Assembly: GCA_964016885.1 (NCBI GenBank)
Contig: OZ024742.1
Location: forward strand, 278,504,001 to 278,568,000
DNA from: Eledone cirrhosa
Lineage: Eukaryota
Direction: 5' to 3'
Length of the DNA: 64,000 nucleotides
The notes beneath the pieces were generated by a model. The model had not been told where the DNA came from. It worked only from the letters and a program-made list of their open reading frames with translations, and made no database searches. Positions 50,240 to 63,044 of this stretch are shown piece after piece. A program made the translations under genes and the position numbers. Every line of letters begins with the position of its first letter. Position 1 is the stretch's first letter.

Positions 50240-50600
50240 ACTGCCGTCGGTTATAATGATGAGTGTTCCAGTTGAATGATCATAAGGTCAGCCTGCTCCT
50301 AAAATTAACATGCACGTAGCTAAGCATTAACCAGAAGGGCTTACTCTTAATGAAGTTGTCAGGGAGATTGAGCGTAACACAGTGTGTGACAAGGCTATCT
50401 ACTTGATATACAGGGACTCAATTTTTCCAGCTAAATGGACTGGAGGAAAGTGAATTCATGTTGACGTAGGTATAATTGATGGGTTAAGAAGTTCGCTTCG
50501 CAATTATAAGGTACGGGGCTCGATCCCACTGCACGACCCTAATCAAGAGTCGACTCGTGATTGTAAATGAAATTGAATTGATGGAAAGTATTTGGGGGCC
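50240..50600. mobile_element. Degraded Octopus-type SINEs of other families (minus 50240-50460, plus 50465-50600)
   Basis: CAGCCTGCTC..AAATTAAC.TGCA.GT.GCT.AGCA...GTGTGACAAGGCT; GGTTAAGAAGTTCGCTTC.CAA...CTCGATCCCACTGCACG, recalled as resembling Octopus SINE consensuses. Confidence 0.55.
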
Positions 50601-51774
50601 AGTTTGATACACTGCACTTGTAATTCAAAGACTATGATATATAATATTGCCATTGTATATGTCTTTTTTGCCCCCTCTATTTCCATAATTCTCTACTTCT
50701 GACTGCACACTTCCCTTCCCTATCTGTTATTCTTCACCACCCCATATATGCATGCATATATATGGGAAACCAACCCAACAATGGATGTGAAATCCGAAAT
50801 ATAGGGACGAATAAATCTATTCCAAGATAACTCCATCTTTGGTTCTCCTTTTAAGCCTTATTACGTCTCATCTCACGTTTCTTTCTACATTTATCTTCCT
50901 TCTTCCTACTACCATTTGATTTTAGTACTCGGAGATTTACTCATCTGCATCGTAAAACGACAGTTTTACACACACACACACACACACACACATACACATA
51001 TATACACGATTTGTTAAAAAAATTGATTTCAGGATTCAACATGTTTATTAGATCTGTGGTAAGTAAAGTGTCTTAATTACTAATTTCTCGTTGCAAGTTC
51101 ATGTGTCGGGTTAAACCAAATTGTAGCATGTAAATGTGAGCAAGCGAAGAAAATCAGAAGGGCTATATAGGAAGGCTTTAAAACTCTGCATTAGATAACA
51201 AACAAGAAACACGCTGTATAAATAACAATTTATTTATTATTTACTCTACAAAAGGTTAACGTAACATTACTATGTAGATGCAATGTAATAAACACAATCA
51301 TTCCAACATTAATTCCAATAAAATAATGTAATGTGGTGTATGCTTTTTTGTGTAAGTATTAATGTATGCTAACCCAATCGATAAATACCTAGGTGAAAGC
51401 ATGATTCTTTTGTATGAAACGACATTAGTGTATTGAAAGAACCCGTTACACATATATTATTATTGACGAAAAAAGGTTTGCAACGATAGGAATCCAAGTG
51501 GCATGGAATCGGGAAGAATGATTAGATCACTTCGATTAGCTTACACTTTTCGCTGGCTTTAATAATCCGCTGTCACGGGACAAAACACCTACAGAACATT
51601 TCTTATACATTCATAAGGCATATCCGAAATAAGATATTCGATGTAACAGATTTAATGTATCCAGACATAAACTCTAAATTAACAGAGAAAGAGAGAGAGA
51701 GAGGCGGGTGGTTGAGTGTTTCGATAGACGGGGCAATCTCAAATCAAAGTGTTCTACGGTAGTTTGACTCTCCT

Positions 51775-52290
51775 CCTTCTTCGCCCACTTATTTCTGAGA
51801 AGGTCGTAGGGACAGAGTCCTCAAACACTCATTCTAGCTGGTCCTGTCAGTAGCAACAGTCTCCAACTGATCCGGCAGGATCCCTAAGCGTAACCAGCAA
51901 ATACAATTGATGTTATCCAACCATCCTCCTTGGGGTCTTCCCCTTGGTCTGCTACCGGTCGGTTTTGACAGTAAAATCTGTCCAGTGATTCTTTCCTGAG
52001 TCATTCTAACCACATGCCCATAGTATCGGAGCTGTGATCTTTCAATTCGGAGAAGTAGCGGCTCCACCTGGAATGATTCTCTGATCTCTCAGGTACACAC
52101 TTTATCAAATAACCTTACTCCAAAGACACTTCCGAAAAATCACATTTCCGCCGCTTGTATTGGCGATCGTATTCTTTTGGTCATTACCCAAGATTCTTGG
52201 CACGAAAACCGAATTGAAGAGAACAAGTTTGGCTCTTACACCTACTTCCCTCCTGATAACAATTACTGCACCAATTCTTCTCGCAATTTC
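51775..52290 (-). mobile_element. RTE LINE 3' fragment
   Basis: ESWVMTKRIRSPIQAAEM..; EPLLLRIERSQLRYYGHVVRM..RPRGRP..WLDNI. Confidence 0.88.
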
Positions 52291-52744
52291 TAATCATTTC
52301 GTTTGAAAGTGTGTCTTACGGACACGCTTTCAGGTACATAATCGGGTAAGAAAGACAGAACGATGGTGATATAATATAAGCTGCATAAAACGTTAAAAGT
52401 AAAATACGTATACTCATAATAAACGTGGCAGTAAAAACAAGCCAACATACTTCTGAAGTTAAAACGTGGGGGTTTGGTAGCGTTGACAAATTCATGGACT
52501 TTGTTGTTCCAAATGAACTGCAAGAGGCATTATAGGAAAATTTGAGGAGGTTTTAGCAAGAAAATTGAAACTCGAAAGTAGTTGTCTTTAACAACAACTT
52601 ACTGGCATTCACACACACCATAGACACACAATCAGACACAATAAATATATATATACTGCCATGTTCTTTCATACTCACAAACATACACACATTGTAGCCC
52701 ATATATTCATAATTCGTAGATGAGAAACTAGCACAATCAACATC

Positions 52745-52933
52745 AATAATTGTTTCTACTTTAGGCACAAGGCCAGCAATTAACCAGTGCATTACTGGTA
52801 CTTTATTTTATCGACCTCGTAAAGATGAAAGGCTAAGTCAACGTCGGCGGGATTTGAACTCAGATCGTAAAGGGACGTAACTATGCTGGAAAGCATGGCT
52901 TCCGACTCTCTACCGATACTGCCAATCTACCGC
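52745..52933 (-). mobile_element. OK-like SINE with target-site duplication
   Basis: Full reverse-complement copy flanked by CAACATCAATAAT on both sides. Confidence 0.9.
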
Positions 52934-53282
52934 AACATCAATAATGTTGCATTAACAGATTTAAATGTCACACAGCACAAGGCTATGTCATAAGGACAGA
53001 TAATCCTTCTTAATCTCACCTACTTATTTTTGTGTCTCTCATCAAAGATGTCGTCTACTGTCTGCCATTTCATGTCTCACTCCCTCAGTCTATATTCTTC
53101 CCGTTTCTCAGTATATTACTACCTCCTATTTGTCTGCCCCCGCTCTGCTTTAAATTTATACCTTCTTCTGTTTCAAGTTTTGTATTTTAACCTCTCCATT
53201 CTCAGTATATTCTACTGTCCTTCTAATTATTTTTGTTCCTCTCTCTCTCTCTCTCTCTCTCTCTCCCCCCTCTCTCTCTCTA

Positions 53283-53324
<42 letters not shown>

Positions 53325-53482
53325 CCCTTTCTCTCTCATGATGTTTATATATATATATATATATATATAAACACATAATTATTAAGGCCAGTTACTACAA
53401 CGGTGCCATACGATCTACATAGGTTTCGTTAGCCCTGAAGACACAGATAGCTTTCTATTAGTATTTGGGAAGTGGCCTAGAA

Positions 53483-53763
53483 TGTAGGAAATATTCTCGG
53501 AGAAGCCGTTATTGCGTAAGGTTGTATTCTAGTAGGAGGTTGCCCCATCGAAAGTGGTTAGAGCTCCGCCTACTAATGTTCTTAATTAAATTTTTGAAGA
53601 CTATAGGAGGGTGGTAATAGGTCTTGTGTATGAATTTATGGTTTTCACTAGGCATATGGAAGGGTTTATGAGTGTGTGTACGTAGGTATAGGGTGAAGTT
53701 TGAGAAGTTACCACAAGTGAGGCTGGTGGATACAGTGATTTTTAACCCTAGCTCCCTAACTAA
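53483..53763 (-). mobile_element. Naiad-like PLE RT/thumb fragment
   Basis: LVRELGLKITVSTSLTCGNFSNFTL..KPFHMPSENHKFIHK..HPPIVFKNLIKNISRR aligns to LFKELGLNITFE..VNFLDVTF..KPFHKLNENLKYVN..HPLSIIKSIPRNVSLR. Confidence 0.78.
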
Positions 53764-54075
53764 ACTTCTCCATCAAATGGAAGACACTATAAAAATCCCG
53801 ACCATGTATGAAGGGGCTCAATATATACAGATTATGCTATGACGACAATTGGTGGATATTGAATATAATCTCCAAACCAGTTAACACACGTACAGTGTTC
53901 TTCTCTTGATGTTCTCATGTTTCTGGGTACCTTTTAAAGAACTGGTTTCTAATATTGATTCATATCCTTCTTAATCTATAGATTTGCTCTAGCCCCCTCA
54001 TAATATTAGTAAATTTAGCCGTTTTCGTGTGTTTTATGTAAATTGTCTCCTCTGTTGTTGCTGCTGCTGCTGCTT

Positions 54076-54161
<86 letters not shown>

Positions 54162-54386
54162 GCTACTACTGCTTTCTGGGCAACGCTGTCATTGAACTGT
54201 TGTTCTGTATTTTCCTTTTGAATACATTTTTCGGTTCATCTCCATCGGCATAGGCTGAGCAATTTGGTCACCACGTCTAACAAAACGTACATACCTGGCA
54301 TGGTGCCATTGTAGTAATATTATAATCAAATCTGTCCAAAGAACAAGACTTGCTCTATACGAATATTTTTACCAACGATTTACTAC

Positions 54387-54440
<54 letters not shown>

Positions 54441-55720
54441 ACAGGGAGAAAAAGACGATTATTAGGAAGAAAAATATATTTTTTTGCCTTTTCATTTCTT
54501 TCTCTCTTTTTTTATATATATATAGGGAGTTTAACGTGCAGATACTTTAGGTTCAAAGAGGTGAGCACTCGATGCGTAGATTCACGTCTGTAATGAGGTG
54601 TAGAACGAAACAGAGTGTAAATATAATAATAAAAGGACGATTTCATATGTTTTCATTACGTTTATTTAATAGTAGCGCGCGTTTCGCTATTGATCAGCTC
54701 AAGGTTCAATCTGTATCGATCTAGCCCGACACTGGAATCAAAAGTTCACCGGACCTCTGCTGTGGTAATGACATATATATATATATAAAGAGAGAGAGAG
54801 AGAGGGAGGAGAGAGCGAAAGGGGGAGAGAGAACGAGAGAGAGAGGTATATTTCAATCCCCCACATACGCTTTCCCTCAGCTGCGCCTCTCTCTCTTTGA
54901 AATTCATCACTCATGTTTTTTCTCACTCTTGCTTTAGAAGGTGATTCTAAATCTACACGTACGCATATATATAATGGGCCGCGGTTGGGAGAATACCTCT
55001 TTCCCACTATCTCCCTATCTATCTCTCTCTATATATATATGAATAAAATTAGTCCTTCCTCAGTGATCTGCCAACCTTCATTGGTATTTCATCGCTTTAA
55101 AAATCATATATCTCTGGTTGGTGCGAGCAATAACTAAATAAAGTTATTGGGACAAGTAAAATAGGGTGAAGCGAGCGAGACAGGTAAACAAACAAAGATG
55201 GTATTGCAACGGAAAGATAGGAAGAGACAAGTACATGATAACTATAAGCTTAAGCTTGGTGAAATCATGGATGAGAGATACAGACCATCCGACATGGGTG
55301 AGATGTGAGCGAGAAAAGGATTTCAATATATATATACCCAAAAATGGTGAGAGAGAAAAGAGAAAGGCAGTCAGAAACAGAGATTTAAAAATATTATATG
55401 AAGAGAGAATATAAGAAAAGTATGATCCGGTGACTAGGCAAAGCAAAGGCTGTCTGACTTGTTGAAGATGGTCAGCTGTTGTTTGATTGTGTGAGGGATT
55501 ATACAAAGCCTTTTCAGTAGACAGCCAGACACAGTTTCACTTCTTAAACAAGATTAACACATTTAACAATGCCTCACAATCGAATTATTCATTTTCTTAC
55601 TTCCTTTCCTTCATCTGATACAGTATTTCGCAACGCGATATATGCCCTACATAAACCTACCTCAACGCACACTGAGACACGTTAACACACTTTTACATAA
55701 TCATACATACTCTCTCTCAT

Positions 55721-55781
<61 letters not shown>

Positions 55782-57448
55782 CACATAATACAAATATAAA
55801 TCGAAGTTTCAATTCAACATACTGTATTCGTAATCACGCGTAACAAGTATTTTGCGAATGTCCGGCTGTGATCCGTAAGCAGTTATAGTTCGTTAACATG
55901 TAACTCAATTCTAGATTACTATTTCCTAATCAGAAATGAAGATTTTTATCAGAAAATACCCAATTAATAGACAACATCCAATTCACATAAAAGCAATGAA
56001 TGCTGAAACATGTATCATCATAAGTAATTCGTATTCCTTATCAACTGACATTACATATATAGTCTGGTTTCTTATAATTTGTAACTAAATTCTTTGGAGA
56101 AGTTGGGTCGTCCGTTAAAGTAATATATGTATAACAAAGTAACACGTCTATAGCAACCCTGTGACGGGAACAGGAACAACCAGCAGCCAGAAAAGAACAA
56201 AAAAAAACAAACAATATAAAGATAACAAGGAAGTAACGTTAAAGGCAATGCATATTTTCATAGAATTCAGAGAAATATTCTTCAGAACAATGTTTTATGC
56301 CACATCCTCGTCAACAAAGTACACATCTTCACATGAGATACAGCATTCAATTAACAGAAATCAAACATCGACTCTGAAAAAGAGAGTCAGCTGGCACGTT
56401 ACAGTTATCAACCTCATGTTGTGGATGCAAGAATGGCGAAAAGGTTAAGAAGTTTTATTCGCAATAATAAGATCCCTTGTGAGCATGGAGAAACCGGGTG
56501 CAAGTTCATCACATAGACGGTACCCGTCATTCAAAGACCTAAACTTGTCCCAAATTGTATCACGCTGATTTCGCTTGCCGAATAACTAAGATTTGAGGAA
56601 TAATTCGCTGTTATTTCTCGCAGGTTGCGCTATCACAGATGTATAGAATTTTCTTTGTTGTCGCGTGCTATTTAATGATGTTGAATCTCCCTGAGAGTTA
56701 AGTGAAGGGCAAACTTGCCCGTGGAATATATAGCATAGCTTTAAAACCATAACCACGAGATATCCTATAAAATGCAACTGCATAGAATGCTTGATAAACT
56801 ACGCGAGGCGTGAACCGTAACAAAAACAGCAACAAAAATAGTAGCCTTTTAGTTCCTGTTTCTCTTTCACTGGATATTTGAATACATTTGCTAGTATGTT
56901 GTAAGTACATTTTAGCTATATTTGACAGAAGTTTGTCAACTTAGCATTTTTTAGTACTTTTCAATCTTTCGTATTCTGAAGTATCTAGGCTATTTCTTGG
57001 ATTGTTACATCTCAGGATTGTTGCGCTATAGCACTTTTTTTTTTATTGAATATTTCCGCTTGTGGCGTATATCTTCTCTTCACACTTTTCACGCGAAATT
57101 TTATAATAATCTTGCTGTTAGCGATAAAGCGGGTTATATTTTATTTTTACCTAATTTTTGGTGGATACAAATTCTTCGTAATTTAGTGAAGAATTTTCAA
57201 TATTCGTAATGATGAATTATGTGATTTAATAAATTTCTCTCTTATTTAAACCACAATATGATTTCAGTCACATCCCTTTTAGAATTAGGTAAATTGACAG
57301 AGTTGATAGTGCGTTGAGAATAAAATATTTTGTGCAATTATTCCAACTTTCTGTTCTCTGAAGTCAACTTTGCTTTCAATTTTTTCGGGTGTGATAAATA
57401 AAATACTAGATCACGGATGGTGGATTTGACAGAATTAAAAAAAAAAAT

Positions 57449-57628
57449 TAATCTGAGTTTTTCGAATATTAATAATAACATTCGATTCGTTTGCAATTAT
57501 GCAAACAAGCATCCACAAGAGCAAGAATGAAGGGTTCATTCTACTAACATGGCTATAAAATTGAGGCCTCTTTGCATAATTGCAAACGAATCGAATGTTA
57601 TTATTAATATTCGAAAAACTCAGATTAC
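57449..57628. repeat. Inverted repeat with perfect arms of about 56 bp
   Basis: TAATCTGAGTTTTTCGAATATTAATAATAACATTCGATTCGTTTGCAATTATGCAAA and its reverse complement. Confidence 0.95.
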
Positions 57629-58197
57629 ATTTATTGTATTCAGCCATGTAGAGCGAACATTTTCCTTTTTATAAAAAAAAAAATGACTGCATACTTTGAA
57701 GTGTCTGCTCCAGCTCAGTGCGTTTTCAGTTCAAATTCCACCCCCTGTCACCAGGAAAAGCTACCAAAAGTTGCAACTGGCATATAATATCAGCAGTGCA
57801 AAGACTGATGTAAACAACTTCCTTGGTCTGATCCCGAAAATTGTCTTCTTTCTTTGTAATGTATTTGTATAATATTGGTCTCGCTTTCTATTGTTCTATG
57901 TTTTTAAAACTATTTTCCTTAAAGTTATATTTTATGCTAATGTGTCAGTTTATTCTCAATGTTGTTAACTAGAGTTATAACAAATAGACATACGTATATT
58001 TCGACAATAACCATTCCAGTTATTTGATCATTGGAACGATCTACTCTGATTAAATTAACGGGTATATAGCTGACTATTACATATATAAATGTACACTAGA
58101 TATCATCGGGTAGATTTAACAAGACTCAACTTGTAACAAGGTTGCTCATGTAAAGACCAGATACAATCTAACTGGTAGTATAAGTGAAAATAGCGAT

Positions 58198-58385
58198 GGG
58201 GGTGGCAGTATCTGTAGTGGATCGGATGCTATGCTTTACAGCATAGAGTTACGGCCCTTTATGGTATGAGTTCTAATCCCTCTGAGGTTAACTTTGTCTT
58301 ACATCCGTACAGAGTCGATAACATTAAGCACCAGTAATGCACCGGGATAAATGCTGGCCTTGTGCTCGACGTAGAAACAATTATA
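58198..58385 (+). mobile_element. Diverged OK-like SINE; another at 59020-59190
   Basis: A-box, B-box, core and tail motifs. Confidence 0.8.
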
Positions 58386-59344
58386 GTAGTAAACTAAAGA
58401 AATGTGTACCTCTAATGTAATTCTCATGGCGGTTCAGCATGACGCACTGCACAACCAAGGTGGTTATTTCAATTACAAGTATTCTTAATTCGACGTGCTT
58501 CCAATTACTTTCCACCTACTCAAAGGACTATGGGACCCAATACGAAGCATCATGGTTACCAAACAAACGTCTTAAACATTCGGCCTGCCTGTATCCAACT
58601 TGAGTATGACTATCCCCATATGAGGCGTTTTAGGAAATAACCGCTCACATTCTGTCTATTATGGCTTCCGTATTGATACGTTTATTGATCTGGGTGATAT
58701 TGATGTTTACATCTGCTTCCAGTAAGTCTATGACGACGAGGCATATTTTAATTTTTATTTTTTTCATTTGATTATGGTTTGCTATTTTATTAAGTTATAA
58801 CTTTTGGGATGGCCTTTCGTTAGTCAATGGGAAGATATTCTATGGATTTTAATTCTTTAACTATTTCCACCATTAAATTATTGTCCTATTCAAAAAATTT
58901 TTTTATTTTTGAAATTCTCCGTTGTGTTGCTGTTTGTTTGGTTCTCTGAGTTGGCTTTTGTTTGTATATCGATATTCTGTACGTATGGTGGTATCGGAGT
59001 TTCTTCCAGCGGTTTGTTCCTTAGCAGTATCGGTATGGCATCGAACAAAATGCTTTCTGGTATATAGTCATGGCCTTTTAATTTCTGAGTTCAAATCCCA
59101 CCGAAGTTAGCTTTGCTTTTCATCGTTACGGGGCCAATGAAATTAAGTATCGGTAATGCAGTGGCGTAGATTTAATCGACACTCCCCTTATATGAAACTT
59201 CTTTGAATTCTGCTTCTTTCTTGCCATATCTTGTCGATTGTCAACATCATATCTGAGACAATGTTTAGTAATACATACATTTAACAATCAATTGACATAC
59301 AAATGATACCATAAAGGAGTAACCAAAACAATAAATGTCTTTGC

Positions 59345-59960
59345 AGAGTGGTTCAATTAATATTGCCCTTCTCAATACACGGAGAGTGGCAGTCAGCACT
59401 ATTGTTGGTATCTCTTGCAGAGATTGCTTTTCAGATATTTCGTTCATATACTTTTCTGTTTTCTTTTTTATCATTAGATGTGCACCGACTATCACTGCAA
59501 CTATATAGCCTTCAGATGCCACATTTTCTCAATTTCAATTATCAGAACTTAATATTTACAGAGCTTTTCGAGCTCTTTCCAGGAGATGTTACCATCTGAT
59601 GGTATGCTCATGTCATTAAGAGGGGTGTTTGCTTTTTACGGTCATTCAAAATTATATCGAATTTATTGGCTTTGATCGTTCTGTATCTGGGTAAGATTTG
59701 TACCCTTTTCCTCTGTCTTTCTCTCATAAACCTGCATATAACCCAGTGTGGACATAGCCTCACTGTATCAAGCTTACACCTTTTAGTCCTAGGGGGCTAA
59801 TGCTTTGCAGCCAGACATTAGATGGTGGATGGATTCAACCTGCTCATCGTTAACTTTGCACTTTAGGTCTGTTCCATTTCTGATCACATTTGCTTCACTG
59901 TGGAACGTGGAAAGAAGCTTGTTTTGTGTGGCAATTTGCCGAGCTATTCAGGTCGATCGA
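59345..59960 (-). mobile_element. R4/Dong-like non-LTR retrotransposon 3' remnant (RLE endonuclease)
   Basis: HWVICR...KELEKLCKY*VLIIEIEKMWHLK..VIVGA..MIKK....SLQEI..IVL.AT..VLRRAI, in shifted frames. Confidence 0.75.
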
Positions 59961-60166
59961 CGAGCCGTATTATAAGATGGATTTCAAGGTGAAGCTAAAT
60001 CGCTTGTCCTGTCTATCGACTACTTTGTTGTAGTGCTGTAAAACAACGACTCTCTTCATACTACCCACTCTACTACCCAAAGTATCAAGTACTCTGATGC
60101 GCTATGGTCCACCTGGTTTCTTACCACACTTTCTTTGTTTATATATATATATATATATTCATTTAT

Positions 60167-60527
60167 ATTTGTTGGTTTACCTGGTCATTCTGCAATGTTA
60201 ATCATGACGTTATATGAGAAAAGCACTCGACATCATGCACCTCTTCCATTTTTGATGTTGAATCATGTTGGTGGTGCAGAAATAAATAAATAAGGAAATT
60301 CAACATATTTGGCCTCCTGTGATTTCACTTTATAAATATATATATATATATAGTATATAATAAACTGAAACTACAGGAGGCCAAATATGTTGAATTTCCT
60401 TATTTCTTTATTTCTGCACAACCAACATGATTCAACATCAAAAATGGAAGAGTTGCATGACGTCGAGTGCTTTTCTCATATTACGTCATAATTAACATTG
60501 CAGAATGACCAGGTAAACCAACAAATT
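60167..60527. repeat. About 360-bp palindrome (arms about 165 bp, TA-rich spacer)
   Basis: ATTTGTTGGTTTACCTGGTCATTCTGCAATG...GGCCTCCTGT / ACAGGAGGCC...CATTGCAGAATGACCAGGTAAACCAACAAAT. Confidence 0.95.
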
Positions 60528-60595
60528 TAAAAGAATATATATATATATATAGAGAGAGAGATTACAATAATCAAAGTTCAGTTTAAATCATTTAT

Positions 60596-60644
60596 TTGCT
60601 TACAATTGTTTCCTCCAAACCGAGGTTTGGATTCTTCGGAGCAA
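60596..60644 (-). ncRNA. Type I hammerhead fold with CCGAAGA core (family H)
   Basis: UUGCU CCGAAGA A UCCAAAC CUCG GUUUGGA G GAAA CAAUUG UA AGCAA. Confidence 0.7.
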
Positions 60645-60786
60645 CTATTTAGTGATCTATAACATACTTGACCTCCTTTTCAACACAAGAGACATATAAA
60701 AACATATGCATATATTGACCCACAGTGGGTTGACATCTATCATAATGATATAGCATGGCAATTTACATATAATATTTATATATATA

Positions 60787-61249
60787 TCGTAATAATAATA
60801 AATTTGAAGACTCAAATACAAAGAGGGCTCGATAAGGATAAATATATAGGAACCGTGGAGCAAATATTTATTAAAATAACAGATTAAAGCTTAAGCAAGA
60901 ATGACGTATTATCTTCGTTTTTTCCGTTCATTCCCAGGAAACGTCTCCACGAACCACCTAATAGAATATTAGTCTACGATTTCATTCATACCCTAAACGT
61001 GGATTTTGTCTTAGCGTGTAATTGTTCTCACCGCTCCAAATAATGACGTATTATCTTCGCCCCCTCCCCCCACACGTTCCTTTCCAGGGAACGTCTCCCC
61101 GAACCATAGTATCGTCTTCCTGTCTTCCTTCGATTGCAACGTTTAACGAAATATTTACTTCTGCGTTCACAGATTGATTATTTTAGTTTCAGAAGATCCC
61201 GTTAAGGGTGAAATCAGCGATTCTCTGCTTAAACTTTAATCTGTTATTG

Positions 61250-61250
<1 letters not shown>
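60787..61250 (+). mobile_element. Family A copy with inverted 5' segment (60787-60900); variant HHR at 61169-61244
   Basis: Homology to 9830-10175. Confidence 0.85.
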
Positions 61251-61335
<85 letters not shown>

Positions 61336-61490
61336 ATATATATAAACAAAGAAAGTGTGTTAAGAAACCAAGTGGACCATTACGCGTCAGATTACCTGAT
61401 ACTTTGTTTAGTAGAGTGGGTAACATGAAGAGAGTCAGTATTATAATACTGGTGGGTTTTATCGGATCTAGGTGTTTTATCGGATCAGCT

Positions 61491-61535
<45 letters not shown>

Positions 61536-61714
61536 ATATATAAAATTCAATATGTTGAAAAGGTAACACACTAGAGAGAGATATACAGTGCGCTATCAAT
61601 AAAACAGAGAAAAACCACCAGTGTATGGAATCTATAACCTATGAAAGGCAGGCTATAGACCCGATAATTAAAAATATAAATTAAAGCGTAAATAAATACC
61701 TCTATAACTCTATA

Positions 61715-61796
61715 ACACACGTACAAATCCAAAGAGATCTATTTCGCCAGTAAGTTGTTGACAGAAATGGAATAACCCCGGTTCCTCAGCGTGTGT
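61715..61796 (-). ncRNA. Hammerhead ribozyme (family G, inverted copy)
   Basis: ACACACG CUGAGGA ACCGG..CUGGC GAAA UAGAUC..GAUUUG UA CGUGUGU. Confidence 0.8.
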
Positions 61797-61980
61797 AAGG
61801 CTATACATTTCAGACAACACTAAGATAATTTTAAAAGTGACTGTCCAGCTACACGTGGGAGAGAGAAGTCACAGCGTGTTTAAGGGCTGTGGGAGAGAGA
61901 AGTCACAGCGTATTTAATGCACGTGTAGCTGGACAGTCACTTTTAAAATTCTCTTAGTGCTGTCTGAAATGTATAGCCTT

Positions 61981-62062
61981 ACACACGCTGAGGCACCAGT
62001 GTTATTCCATTTCTGTCAACAACTTACTGGCGAAACAGATCTCTTTGGATTTGTACGTGTGT
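61981..62062 (+). ncRNA. Hammerhead ribozyme (family G, A9C substitution)
   Basis: ACACACG CUGAGGC A CCAGU..ACUGG C GAAA CAGAUC UCUUUG GAUUUG UA CGUGUGU. Confidence 0.75.
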
Positions 62063-62522
62063 TATATAGTTATAGAGGTATTTATTTACGCTTTAATTTA
62101 TATTTTTAATTATCGTGTCTATAGTCGGCCTTTCATAGGTTATAGATTCCATACCCTGGTGGTTTTTTCCTGTTTTATTGATAGCGCACTGTATATCTCT
62201 CTCTAGTGTGTTACCTTTTCAACATATTGTATTTTAAAGAGCTCAGGATGTTTTCTCCTTTGAGAACATTATTTACAGGGAATGGCGAGGGTCTATGACT
62301 CCGTTAATTTATCGTGATATTTCGCTGCTTATAACAGTCTTTCCCATCTCTCTGTTTGGTTGAGGACACTTCTCTGAGTGGTTTTGGGCTGCCCTTTCTA
62401 GCAGCTCGTCCCTCGAGGCCACTGGTTCACTGCCCTTAAACACGCTGTGAGTTCTCTCTCCCACGTGTAGCTGATCAGTCACTTTTAAAATTCTCTTAGT
62501 GTTGTCTGAAATGTATAGCCTT

Positions 62523-62604
62523 ACACACGCTGAGGAACCGGGGTTATTCCATTTCTGTCAACAACTTACTGGCGAAACAGATCTCTTTGGATTTGTACGT
62601 GTGT
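62523..62604 (+). ncRNA. Hammerhead ribozyme (family G, intact core)
   Basis: 7-bp stem I ACACACG/CGUGUGU, CUGAGGA, GAAA, 7-bp stem III, GUA triplet. Confidence 0.88.
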
Positions 62605-62854
62605 TATATAGTTATAGAGGTATTTATTTACGCTTTAATTTATATTTTTAATTATTGTGTCTATAGTCTGCCTTTCATAGGTTATAGATTCCATACACTG
62701 GTGGTTTTTCCCTGTTTTATTGATAGCGCAGTGTATATATCTCTCTAGTGTGTTACCTTTTCAACATATTGTATTTTAAAGAGCTCAGGTTTCTCTCTCC
62801 TTTGAGCACATTATTGACAGGGAATGGCGAGGGTCTATGGCTGCGTTAATTTAT

Positions 62855-62891
<37 letters not shown>

Positions 62892-62989
62892 TATGTAGTG
62901 TTTTTTGCAACATTAAATCTATAATTGGATATTTCCCTCCGGGGTTCTGTTGTTTTAATTAACCCCCCACCCACACACACACTCACACC

Positions 62990-63040
<51 letters not shown>

Positions 63041-63044
<4 letters not shown>

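Larger units (their letters stand above)
61543..62860 (+). mobile_element. Family G: retrozyme-like element with a 542-nt tandem unit, two HHRs and an inverted 5' copy
   Basis: 61920-62318 repeats at 62462-62860; 61545-61890 is an inverted copy. Confidence 0.9.

Noticed and set aside
54665-54705. Minus-strand GCU..AGC GAAACGCGCG hammerhead-like string
   Set aside because: The 5' core is missing or degenerate, so it is too weak to call.
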